Program-made: the position numbers and the translations under genes
The notes under the pieces: generated by a model
The model's database searches: none
Seen by the model: only the letters and a program-made list of their open reading frames with translations
Told to the model about the DNA's origin: nothing
Origin: Amoebophrya sp. A120
Taxonomy: Eukaryota > Protista > Dinoflagellata
Length of the DNA stretch: 64,000 nucleotides
Assembly: GCA_905178155.1 (NCBI GenBank)
Contig: CAJINV010000002.1
Span: 4,277,651 to 4,341,650 of the forward strand
Direction: 5' to 3'
In this document: positions 12,601 to 24,802 of the stretch, one piece after another
Layout: each line of letters begins with the position of its first letter
Numbering within the stretch: position 1 is the stretch's first letter

Positions 12601-14198
12601 ATGGCACAATCTTTCACGAACACGAGGAGGAATCGTCAGATGCCGGTGGCGGGAAGAACGCGGCTGCACTAAAGATGAACGGGCACCAAACTACTTCTAC
12701 AGCAAGTCAAAGTCAAACGATCAATTTTCCTACCGACGTGCGCGAAATACCGCACTTACCAGAAAACACCGACCTGCTTGTCGGTGGCTTTCCCTGCCAG
12801 CCGTTCTCGCGTCTGGGGGAGCAGCATGGAATTGCCGAGGAGGCACGACGAGGTCGACCGACGAGAAGCAAGAATTTTGGAGGCGAAGATAAAAATGGCG
12901 AAGGTGCGCATCATGATTCTACGAAGCGTGGGGAACTTTATCTCGAGATTGTGCGGTTATTGCAGAAGGAAATTGACGAGGAAGCCGCGGTTCCACATAA
13001 TACTACGACAGGCTCAACATCAGACACAGAGGACGCAATAAGGATGAACGAAAAGCGCCGCCGACGTCTAGCGCCCACTGTGAAGGCGTTTATCCTGGAA
13101 AACGTTCCAGGCTTGCTGGAGACGAACAACGGAGCAGATTTCGAGGAAATCAAATCCGCCTTCGAGTGCAACGGGCTGTATAACGTTTCCTGCAAAGTTT
13201 TGGACGCGAAGCACCTCACGGCACAGAGAAGGAGACGGCTGTTTTTTGTCGGGATAGCGATAGCGAACGAAGATTTTTTTCGGGCAGGGGACAAGGTCGC
13301 TACTTGTGATGGTATTTCTGCTGGTCTTCATCCTGCAAGAGAAATTGACATGAGCGGGGGTAGTTCCTGCACCATGTTGATCGGGAAAAATCAAGGCCGT
13401 CCAACGAACGTCTTCAAATTTCCAAATCTGGAAGAAATTTTCGAAAACGAAACGAGGTCGTTTCTGAGTTTGAGCCAAGTCATCGATCACGGAGAAGACG
13501 GAAAGAAGCTCACTGACGACCCTATGGAAGAACTACCTGGAGATGCCGTTCCTAGCAGACGACATCTTCAGGCAGAGTCGCTCTCTAATGCTCAGCTTCG
13601 AGCGCTGATGCAAACAGCTGCGTGGAAGCGTGATTTTCGGAATCTGTTGCTTTTTGTACCTTCGGAAACCACCTATTTTCCCTCACCTCCGCCCGCCTTC
13701 TATCACACGAAAGCCGCGCCACTTGTGTCCCACTACGGCCACCACTGTTCCAACGGAAACTCCCAGCTGGTGGCGCAAAATCTCCCGAATAATCCCAGGC
13801 TCTTCACGGTCGAAGAGTGTTTGCAGCTCATGGGGTTTCCAAAGTGGTACCAGAAGCGGTTTCTTAGCGCGGTCATATTAGAGAAAACTCAAACTTCTTC
13901 TGATGGTGAATATGCTTCTGGTGGTGAAGATGTTCTTGCTGCGCCCGAGGTCGTGGGCGAGCTGCATGTGCAAGACGCGAAGCGGCGTCGCATGTGCTAC
14001 CGGATGATTGGAAATGCAGTGGCGCCGCCGGTAATTGCGGCGATAGCAGAGCAGGTGTTGGAGTTTGCTGGAATAGCATGCAGGCAGGGTGCTGGCACCT
14101 CTGGTACACCAGCTCCTCAAGAACAAACCAATGACGCCTCGCATAGGAAATTTCACATGACAAGATTGCTGGCGTTGGATGCAGTGCGAAGGCTATGA
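9613..14198 (+). CDS. C5 cytosine DNA methyltransferase (bacterial Dcm/HhaI-like motifs), ~1013 aa if both inserts are removed; 5' end uncertain
   Basis: Motifs I ELFAGIGGF, II EID, IV LVGGFPCQPFS, VI FILENVPGL, VIII QRRRRLFFVG, IX RLFTVEECLQLMGFP and X YRMIGNAV occur in order in ORF 11745-14198. Upstream exons 9613-9908 and 11235-11563 join in frame. Confidence 0.88.
9909..11231. mobile_element. Non-autonomous PIF/Harbinger-like MITE
   Basis: ~42-bp TIR GAGCC(T/C)GTACGATTAATCGACCCCCTTCTCG(A/G)TACCGAGAAG, TAA duplication at 9906-9908 and 11232-11234; no transposase ORF inside. Confidence 0.85.
11564..11776. mobile_element. TIR introner-like element (AAAAAAGTGT family)
   Basis: TATCCTGAGAAAAAAGTGTTAC...GTAACACTTTTTTCGCGCGATA, DR CGGCG; restores DLG-ECEATR. 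Confidence 0.92.
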
Positions 14199-16056
14199 AC
14201 GGTCTGGCATGCTGATGCTCCTCGTCTTCGATGCCGATGTAAAGAAAACTACGTGACAATTTCTGCTACAGCGGCAATTTTGATACAGCGACCATTCTAG
14301 AGCGAGCAATTTCGCCACACCGACAGGAGTTCTTGCGAGAAGAAAATGAAAACGCTACAAAAAAAGAAACTCCAAAACAAGAGTGGTCTCAGTCTAATCA
14401 ATCAATAATGGGGACTGCTGTTCTTGCACTTGCCGATGTAAAAAGTTTGAGCGCGGCTTGGTGGCGTTTCTAGGAGTTTGCCACTTTTTTTGCGTGGTTA
14501 TCATGCACGTAAATTCTTTGTATACATCCAGCCCAGGGTCGTTGTTGCGTTGTAACCTAGAGCCCGAAGAAAAGCGACAGATCATCAAAATAGGAACTCC
14601 ACAGGACGAAAGGATCGAGATGAAAAATTAAGCATTGTGACTTCTGGTTCTGGACCGAGCAGTAGAGGTGTCAGATCCAAAATAACCGTAGGATCAACAA
14701 CTTCAATGAGCACATCGCATTTGGTTGAAAATTATTACGCTCGCTGGTATACAAAGTTTTTTCCGGATCTGCATTTGGTCCTCGTCCAAAATGTTTTTCA
14801 GACTCGAAGATCCACGGACTAATTTTGGACTTTTTTCTTGGACATCTTTTTACTCCTCCGCCAAAAAAAATTCTTGCTGCAGCGGTTGAATATTTGTATG
14901 AGCGCAAATATTTGTCCCGTCCTATGGCTTGATGTTTCCTATTAGGGGGCGTCGATTTCGGAATTTGTAAAAAAAGAAAACATAGTAATAGTCGATTTAC
15001 TTACTTATTTTTTTGGGCCTCTTTACTTTTTCATGAGGTTATAGCGCTTAGACAGAACAGCACTAAGACTGGCACCCGCTAAAAATTTCTATCGCAGCTT
15101 TCTTTTCTTGATTTGGCGATGCTTTTTCTCCTTTTTGGTGTAAATCTAAATAAAAAGCACAAAATAGAACGGTATTTACCTTGATCTTCAGAAAAGACAA
15201 ACTAGAACACGCAAGCACAAGCTTGATATAATTGTCACTGAAGAAGATCGAGAAGAACGATTTTTACATCCGGTTCATCTTCTTTTTTTTTCTCCGCCGG
15301 AGCACGTCAATCGCTTTGTAAGTGCAAATATCGGACGAGATAGTACAGCAAATTTTTTTGCTACCTGAATTTTCTTGTTTGGATTGCCACTTTGACATTT
15401 CTTGAAATTCTAGAGTCCCCGTGGATTGTTCTTGTCCTATTCCTGTGGCAACTTCTACTTCGTTTTGCATTCTATGGCGCCTGAATGTAGAGAGTAGAAG
15501 TGGTCTTAACTACCCGCGGTAGCAGTCAGAAGGATAGGCTTTTAGAACTGCCCGCACAAGAAAATAGAAGAAGAGTAGTACCACCGTATGGGTGATTTCA
15601 GAAAGAAACAAGTTTGATGTCACGGTGGTGCACATTTATTGAAGATTCTCGTAGTAAAATTTGACTACTCGTCGTCGTGCCCTCTAGATCTCTGAATCAC
15701 GACAATAAAGAGCGTCATCTCATCACGAAACTCACTCCATCAAAAGTTTGATGCTGAACCGCCGAGATACAAGAACCAGCACGCCGTTTTTATCACAGTA
15801 GACTCAAAAACCAATAGCGATGTAAAAAAAAGATACGACGAAGCAATCGGAAGAGCGGGAAAAGGACGACGGGCTTCGGAGGATAAAAAACTCACAGCAC
15901 ACAATAAATCACACATCTACTCCTGGAAATAATAAATAATGTAGACCAGCAGTAGAAGTGTCAGTAGAAGACATTTGTTTGGACGTCGGAGTAATTTATG
16001 CAGAGGTTTTATCAAGCAAAGGCAGTAACGGTTTGAAATCACTCGCTCATTCATGC

Positions 16057-16130
16057 TATGGGGGGACGCTATTCCTATACATCAACCTTACGGTAGTTCC
16101 AAAAATATTTATCTCCAAATATTTTTTTTT
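16057..16130 (+). repeat. Dispersed repeat beginning TATGGGGGGACGCTATTCC (inverted copy at ~28790-28861)
   Basis: ~75-bp similarity including TCAACCTTACGGTAGTTCC. Confidence 0.75.
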
Positions 16131-17671
16131 CTTTTCGATTTTCTCGCCGCGCAAAACCGACGTCGTTTTCTGCCGTCAGCGGCAACGAACGCACGGAGTT
16201 TGAACGACATTTCGACGACCTTGATGCGATGCCACGAGCCTCTTACGAGACGGAAAACGCCTTAAAGCCGGAGCTTCTCACTATACTTGCACTACACACG
16301 ACGACGCAGAAAACGCACATATCTGAAACCAGGCTCTAGCATTAGCACTACCATTTCGATCGCGATCGCTGACCTACTTGATTTTGATCTGATCGCACGA
16401 GGGCATCCTGCACTTCTATCCCGCCCAGGGAGGCGGCGACGCGACTGGTGGTGAGAACGTGCACGACTACGACTAGACCAGGAGCCTTCATATCTACACA
16501 CGACGCTAAGCCCTGCCCTAAAGGAGCGTAGAAGATCTCATCGAATCCACAGAGCCCGCCAGACAAGTCTGGACTTTTGCCTGCGATTCGTGGATACGGC
16601 CTGCGAAGTTCAGCTGGCAGGACCATGCGGCACAAGAGCGAGGAGAAAACGACGACGATGATGATCACGATGACCCGTTCGAGGACGACTACCTTCGATT
16701 GTCTCCTGCTTGTGCTTGTGGCCCTGGTGCGCAGCGAATGACTCTAGTGAAAAATGAACGTGAAGGGCTAGACTGTAGTGATAAATTTTCAGAAAAAAAA
16801 ACAATGCGTTTCTCATTGATCATTTCGTGTGTATTTTCATATCCGGCACCCGCGACCTGTTCGAACGATGGCGGCAACACGACTGAGCACGATATTCACG
16901 ACAGCGATTTCGCAACGACAGACGATTATCACGACCACGCGTGCCGTATTTGTATTCCGCCCGGGGAGGCGGCTTGATCCATGCCGCTGGCTAAGACAAA
17001 ACGAAGACGCAAGCGGGTACTTTCACTATGCACCAGAACCAAAACAACTACATCAACATCTACAACTGCACGCGCAAAACAGTGATGAGAAGACATGGTG
17101 CGAATGAACCTGATCTGCGCATGCGCTGCAACTAGCAGGTCCGCCTTTTGACGAAGACGCTTAGGGAAGCGAAACCACTTCGCCTCACCCTGACAAACGA
17201 AAGGAAACGTAAAAAGCTTCTATCTGCTTTGAGATCACGAGATGTCCGGAAGCAGGGGAATGAGTCTCAAAAACAAACTTAGACCTACAAATGCTTCCGT
17301 GCTGCATATTTATGGAGCTGCGTAGTCGACACTTCAAAAAGAAAAACACGCCGCTTAGTTTTCCAGATCTTGGACAAGGCAACTTCACGAGGGTCTTTTC
17401 ATACACATTCACTTCACACCGTAACAGGGTCCCGGAGGAATTTTCAATTTACAAAAAGCGCCCGTCTTCTTCTGTCTCCCTCTAAATGAACATCGTAGTC
17501 TTCCTTTTTCTTTTCTTCGCTTCTCCTTCTTCGTGGTTTCAACTTTTCCGGTACATGTACATTTTGACTTCAAAAACAAAACATGTAATAGCAATTCGAA
17601 GCTGTGTTATAGTTTTTCGACATCTTCATCCTAAAGTCGGACACAAACATGCGCTCTTCCATTTCAAATCG

Positions 17672-19825
17672 CTACCGGTAGGTCAGGTCTTGCTTCCACG
17701 CAGGACGCACACTTTCTTTCGTTTTTTGCTTGTCACTTGGCCCTGTAGTCGCAGCAGGTGGTGGTCCCCCTGCTCGTGGTGTTTCAGGTTCAGCGTTGTC
17801 AACATTCTCAGATCTTTGCTCTTCTACTTCTTGCAGTAGCAGCACGCGGGGCAATTGGGTGGCCGCCTCGGAGAGTGGCACAACTACGCCGCTTTTCTTC
17901 TTCTTGCTGTCCCCGTGGTTTTTAAGATTGTTCATGTTCTTACCATTCTCCTTCCGCGCTGGCGCTTTTGAGGTCGTGGTCGAGGAGGTGGCGTTTCGTT
18001 TTTGATATTCTTCATCCACCTCCGCTGCAGCCCGTTTTATTTCTCCTTCTGCGTCAGAACCTATGACGCCGTACTCACCGTCACCCGAGGACCTCCCGGC
18101 GCCGTAGTTGTTTTTATAAATACATCGCTTTTCTTCTCGCATCCACCGCAACCGCCTTCGCCGCACCCGACATCAGCCCCTCGCGAAACCCCAGCATTCC
18201 CTCGAACTGCCGGCTGCTCGCCTCAGTCTGGGCCCGATAGTCTACTTCTTCTTGCTGTTGTTCAGGAGATGGCGCGGTCTGGTACTGTTCCTGTCGTGGA
18301 TAGAACGAGGCTTCTTCGCTTTCGCTACGTGCTGGCCCCTCATGACCATTCGCTCCTGCACCAATACTCGCATCATGATGCGCAGTAGTTCCACGGCCCG
18401 TGCGCTCCAGCAGGTGCAGGTTGTACGGATGCTGCTTTAATCTCATCTCTACTTCTTTTTCTTCATTTGTTGCTGTTCCTACTTCCATGTTGCCATTGTC
18501 GTCGCGCAGTTCTTCTACTGGCGTTTACGTTTTCATTTTCTCCTCCTTGAATGAATTGAACCGCGAATGGTCCAATCCATGCTTTTCCGAAAATGCGCGG
18601 TCCAAATCACCCAAAGCTTTCTGCGTCTTGGCGGCTATCCAATTCGTCGCAGTTTGAACCGGGCTGCTAGTACGCGGCCCCGAGGACGATGCCGCAGGAG
18701 AAGATGAGGAACTACGGGAAGATGTACTACTAGACGCACCACTCCTCCTCGTCCCTCCGCCAGCTGAGGACATGGCCAGAGTCTCGCTCGCCAGGGATAG
18801 GCCGTCGTAGTCGGTCCGCACCGCGCTGTCTTGCAAATGGTACGCAGTCGGTTTCATGCGTGTGCGATACTTTTGCACGGAGTAGTCGCTTTATTTGATG
18901 GTTTATTTCCACTGCGCGGAAGATCATCGCCTCCTGCTGCGAAATCCACTGGCTGCTCTCGTGGAACTAGGAATGTGGGATTCTCAAAGTCAAACTCAAA
19001 TGTAAATGTTACATATACATTTACATTCTCAAGCTCAACTGTTACATGAGTTTCAATTTGTCATGCAAAACCAAAAGTTAAAGCACCACTGCAGCTGCAC
19101 AGTCATCTAGTTCTAGATGTAGATCTAGATCTACTTCTACTTCTACACGAAGACGATGACGAACACGATCGAGCTGTTCTGCATGACAAATTCTGGAAGG
19201 GCCACGCGGGCTTATAGTCTGTGCCAAATCTGTCATGCAAGACGCGCAAAGGGGGCCCCTTTCATTCTTCCCATTCTTGCATCACAAATCGAAATCGTGT
19301 AACAGTTGAGAAAGAGAATGTAACAGTTGAGAACGCCATAAGGAAGTGGTTCCTGTTCTGATCCGCATCTTCTACCCCGTCGGCCGTAACCGTAAGCGCA
19401 TCCACCCATAACGGCCCGATGTGTTTTTGCAAATAGTCCGGGTACAGGAAAACACTCGGGCCCAGCGCGTTGTCGTCCTCTAAAGATGACAACTCTATTC
19501 TTTCTCGCAGTAGAAGTTCATCCTCCGCATTTTTGGGACGTCGTTGATTTGCAGCCTCCTCGTCATTCATTTCTTGTCGCTCCTGCTCCTTCAGCACCCT
19601 CGTACTGTCGTGGTCCTGCTGCATCGAAGATGGTGAAACAGGTGCAGCCTTGCTTCGCCCGGCGGCTCGTCGTGCTCCTTGATCATGTGGTCTACTAGGC
19701 TCAACATCTGTTTCTGTCGTGTTCTTGTGGCTGTTTCTACTACTCCCCTCGCTGTTCATCCCCTTGGCGGCCCCTTGAGGATGTATTTCTGCTGTTGAAC
19801 TACTTCTACGAAAAAAATTTTCCAA
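17672..19825 (-). pseudogene. Hypothetical low-complexity gene, possibly decayed
   Basis: ORF 19262-19825 continues in frame after removing 18974-19340 and probably 18825-18884. An in-frame TAA at 18525-18527 and a frame change near 18140 remain unexplained. Confidence 0.35.
18974..19340. mobile_element. Degenerate TIR introner-like element (same family as 59364-59604)
   Basis: TGTGGGATTCTCAA...TTGAGAACGCCATA, DR AGGAA/AGGAA; interior expanded by simple repeats. Confidence 0.82.
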
Positions 19826-22800
19826 TTTCTCCCGCTTCCATTTCTCGTACCCGTAGTCAGTGGCTATCGCGGTCCGGCGGAGGTGGCTATCGCGGTCCCC
19901 CTGGTGGGAGTAGGGCTAGGGAGCACCGTCATCTTTTCTTCTTGCGAAGAAGTAGAAGAGAACACGTCGGCAATAGATTGTGAGCGGGGCGTTGCACTCA
20001 CCGAAGATTGTGTCGGTCGGAAGAACGAGGCGTCAGCGCACAAAAGGGCATCGTGTTTAAAGAACAAAAAAGCTGCTGTATTACCACCACCCTAAACTTA
20101 AACTTTAACTTTAGATCAACACTACAACAATCACCAGACCGCAGAAGCAAGAGCTTACGAATGGTCTCATACATTGCGTTTCGCTCGCTGACAACGTAGT
20201 ACCTCGGCATGGCCATTTAACTCTCCACTCGTAAACTTCGCCCTCTCTGCTGCGCTCACAAAAAACGCCATCGAGTGCAACACGATCTCAAACTCGAACT
20301 CGATGCCGAAAAGCAAAAACGACAACACAGCCTACCTGCATCTCTCTCCCAATGAAAATGTAAATGATGATGCTCCAGCACCAGCTCCAGCTCCCCCCCC
20401 CGAACATGAGTCCGTGTCCGACTTTGCGGCGCGCCCGGCCTTAGGAAAGGAACCGCGGGCGACACGATGGAGAGGAGTCCATCGTTGGAGTTGAAGTTTG
20501 CTACGCCCTGCGACAGGGCACCTGCCACGCAACTGCGTGGCGAAAATTATATTTGCAGCAAGGGCCGCAAGGGCTGCCACGCGCTTCCGTGCTGTCGCGT
20601 GTGGCGCCACGAAGTGATTACTGTTTTCTTTCTGGGCTGCCGCATGCAGTGCGTTGCACCTGTAGCTAGCGGCGCCCCCGACAGGTACATGAACAGGAAG
20701 CGCGCGGCGAAGCGTGCGCAGGGGGGCGCGGAAAGCAGTGGCTGTGCGTGCCAGTGCCGGCGCCAGTGGCCCCCCTAACTATGGCACCGGAATAGCTGCT
20801 GCTTTTCCGGCGCCTGCGCGGCAGCGAAAGCGGCCCGCCCAATGCGCCCGAGCGACGCAGGGCAGGCCTAGGTATACGATACGGACGGGGCGCCGCGCCA
20901 CCCCCCGCTTTCGTGGGGCCCAGAGAATAAACGGCGGCCGGAGGGGCCCGGGCCCGGCCGCCGGGGGGGCCAGGGTGGCCAGAAAAAAAAGAAGGCGGGG
21001 CGGGCCAGTTTCTTGTGGTCCCGGTCGACGATCGACTTGTCCGGTTGTAGCCACACTAGCCCCTTCCCCGCCTCCGGGCCGGATGTTCTTTTTCCCCTTC
21101 TCCAGCCGGTTTTCCCACCACTGCATCTGGAGAAGGGCGCGGGCGTGCGGCTGGTCCAGAAGACGAAACGAGGCAGGCCCCCAATGCCGTCGCTCCGCTT
21201 CGGCCCAAGTTTCCCTCATCGACGTGCACCTTCGCCGTTCCATTCTTGTTGAGGGTAATGCCGCTGCCCGCCAGAACAGCTTCTCGGCCGCTAATTCTCG
21301 GCCGGCCCGTGCTTCACCACCTCCACGGTGAAAGGCTCCGCGCTTTCGACTTTTGCCCGCGCCATTGTCGAACCACGCCTGCAGCGCAAACAACGCGCTG
21401 TCGTCCGCCAGTTGCGACCACGGGAAGGACCCGAAGGAAGGGCGCGGGAGGCGATGCGCAGCCGAAAGAAGCGCCCATTGCCGGCCAACTTCCCGGACAG
21501 ATACCGGCAAAAGGGGCCGCGCGCGCGCACCTTGCCCAGGATAACGGGCTTCCGGGGCTTCACCATGTGGACGGCCGCCGCGCTGTCTCCATCGAACTCG
21601 AAGGGAAAGGCGGGCGCCGTCGCGTGCGGCAGGGGTCCTTCGAAATCGGCCACCTTGTGATAAACTCCGGATCATCTACCAGCGCCTGCAATGTTCTCCA
21701 GTGCCCCATGCCCGCGTGGGCCCGGACTCGCGAACCGGGCGCGCCCCGCGCGGCGCCTAGCGGGGGGGCGCGCACGGGCGCGGCGGGCAGAAATTGCGCG
21801 GCGACGGCCTTCACACAGACGCATTTCCCCGTTGGCTTCTTCCGCAGGTCAGGCTTCTCCAAGTGGGGCGGCCTCTTCTTCATCTCGCCCATCGGCTGCA
21901 CATTCCTCCGGCTCCTACACTTTCGTCTTGGATTCGCCGCGCCCCATCTTGCTGCTGTTCGAAGACCTGCGCCAAGGCCCGGCCCGTTCTTCCAGTTCTC
22001 GCCCAACTCTCCTTGGCGCTGGAGCTTGCGCAGCAGCCGCCCCATGTCACGCGGGCCAGCGCTTTGCTCCCCGCTCGACAGCGCGGAGTAGGGCCGGCAC
22101 CAGGCGGGGATCTCGTTGCGCCCGGCCGAACCCGGGCCCGGGCCCGCTGTTCCTCCTACTAAGTTAATTTTTTTTGGAATTGATGAAAAAGAAAAAGTTC
22201 TGTCTTCCTGCTTGTCCAGCTGCAGGCTCAGCCCACAGCTTAGGGCTAGGCTGAGGGTAAGGCTACGCTAAGGTAAAGGCATGAGTAAAGCTTAGGGTTG
22301 CAGATGCAGTTGCAGTAGCAGTTCCAGATCCAGATCCAGTTGCAGACGCAGGTGTAGGCATGAGCAAAAAAGTTTAGGTCTGCTTCTTCTTCTAGTGCTA
22401 GTGCTACTTGTTGATCTTGATCTTACATTCGCATTTTAAATTTAATGGTGTAGGTGTTGGTGCGGTGATGGTGGTGGTGCGGATGCTGATCTTTTATTTC
22501 TTGGGCGAAAAGGTAGACGCGAGCTTGTGCTTGAAATTGAAAAGCGCACGCCTTGACTCGAGGAGCTTGCGTTTGTGTTTTTCTTTTTGGTGTTTGACCT
22601 TAGCCGTAGGCGTAACTCTAGCCGCGGGGACATAATCGAGAGTATGATCGGAAAACGAAAACAAGAAAAACAAAGGGCAAAAAAATCCATCTCGAAGTTA
22701 GAAGCTAGTCTACGAAGTGAAGCCTTTGATCTTTGTTGGCCCCCGCGGGTACAAAACCTTTTTCAAGCAGCTGAGTGTCGCATCGGGAATAGGGATGCTT

Positions 22801-24321
22801 TGCAACACGAGGGAACACTTGGAGCTGGAGCCAGTTCCATTGGCTGCTGGATCAATGCCACTGCGACTGCCATTTCCTTTTTCAGTCCGCACTCACCAGG
22901 GCATGACGCTCGCTTGAAGGCGCCACCCCTCGGGTCGTTTTTTTTGTTTTTCACAGTCGCGTCAAACTCTAAAAATGATTCTTTATTCTCATCGTCAACT
23001 TCATGTTCTGCCCCTGCTTGAGCTTCTGCTTCACCTCCAGCTTGCTCTAGCTCTTGCTGAGCACGAGCCTGAGCCAAAGCCTGCGCCTAACGCCGGGCTT
23101 GGTTCTTGATAGAAAATCAAACTGAAAATCTACTTGCTCGTCTTCGTCTTTGAATTCCGCTCTAGTTTCAGAAGTTTGCATCAGTCCCATGGTTCACGTT
23201 CTAGCCTTGCTGTTATTTGGTCATCGTCTTCTGTGCAGTTTTTAACTTCCTACTCCTACGAATTGTACTTGTAGCGCCGTGCTACTGGTACTAGCGGTGC
23301 TTGTGGCTGTGCATGTGCTAGCAACAGCACATAGTAATAATTTCATTCATATTTTTGATTTTTGTTTTTCCTGTACGTTTTCTTTTTGTTTTTTGATTTT
23401 GATTCCGCGCTGACTTAAACTTATGCTGCTTAGACCTATACCTATTGCTATTCATTTTCATTTTCATACTGATACTGATATTCCTGTACCTATTTCTATG
23501 CATATGTGATGCTGTGTGTGCCTGTGCCTGAAACTACTGAGATTGAAACTTGAACTAGAACTTCTGAATCTGATAGCGACAAAAACAAAATTTTATTTAC
23601 GATAAGGATAGATGGACACGATGGCTTTGATTTTCTTGCTCGCTTCGAAGGGACTTTTCTAGCCGCTGCCCTCCTTCTTGAGCCTAGTCATATGCAGCGT
23701 ACAGGGGTCTGCGACCAGGGCCAAGAGGGTAGCAGTTGGCTCATGCTAGATGGAGTAGCGCTGTCCTTGACCTTGTACTATCATGTCGGTGATTTTTTTA
23801 TTTCTAGTTGTAGGCAGATTGGTTTTTGGAATTGTGTGTGCGCGACCAGGACCGCGAAAGCAATACTAGCCACACACGCACTCTTTCCCGAACTGGATTG
23901 AAATTTGCTTTCCATACTCAGTTTCGATATGGAGTGTATTACTTTCTAAATTTAACAACGAATAGAATCGAGATAGGCATGGGCAATGACATTACCACTA
24001 CTAGTAAAGATGCTCGCGCTCGCTTTCACTAGGATTTCCATTTTCGAGTTTTCTTTTTCAGTAAAACTAAAATTTATTTTTTTCGTCTGATAGTGACCCT
24101 GAAAGTTTTGGCTTTCCCCTTCATCTACGTCTTCATTTTCATAGTAATAAACATATTATTTTTTTAGTATTGAGTTTGTATTTGAAATTTTGAAATTGAA
24201 ATTGATTGCGATTCCGAATCTTCCGAATTAGTACCAGTAGCGGTTTACCCCTCATGATAGTCGTACTCGTAGAAGGCGTAGCCATATCATAATGATGAAG
24301 ATGAACTTGAGCAGCAAGATC

Positions 24322-24350
24322 ATGATGATGATGATGATGATGATGATGAT
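24322..24350. repeat. (ATG)n microsatellite in a hexamer-slippage low-complexity region
   Basis: catgatgatgatgatgatgatgatgatgat. Confidence 0.85.
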
Positions 24351-24802
24351 CATCTACTTCTACATCAAGACCAGCCTGCGCATGAACGTCAGCGCCAGGA
24401 TTTAGATTAGCCACCTGATCTCTGTCTTTTTGTTTTCAATCACTATGAGTAAAACCAAAAGAGAAACACTCTCACTTGCATTTACTTTTAGTTTTGCTTT
24501 AGCTTTTACATTTACTGTTTCTTCTACAACTACTGCTACATGTACATCATCAACTTCAACATCATCTACTTTAAATTTTACTTTTTCATTTTCTTTTGCA
24601 CTCGCATAATTTATGGGTAAAAAAACAAAATCTGAGTTTCATACTCTTACCCATTATCTTTATCATTTAGATTTACATTTTCATTTTACATCTTACATGA
24701 ATTTCTAGTATTTTGATTTTTCTTCATTTCCAACCGGAAGAAGTGCGACCACGCAAAGAAGCCGAAGCTTGAGTGTTCAATTTTCTTTTTTCCTCTTAGC
24801 GT

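Noticed and set aside
22200-24760. Short ORFs in the period-6 low-complexity region
   Set aside because: Frequent stops and slippage-type sequence; no supportable gene.
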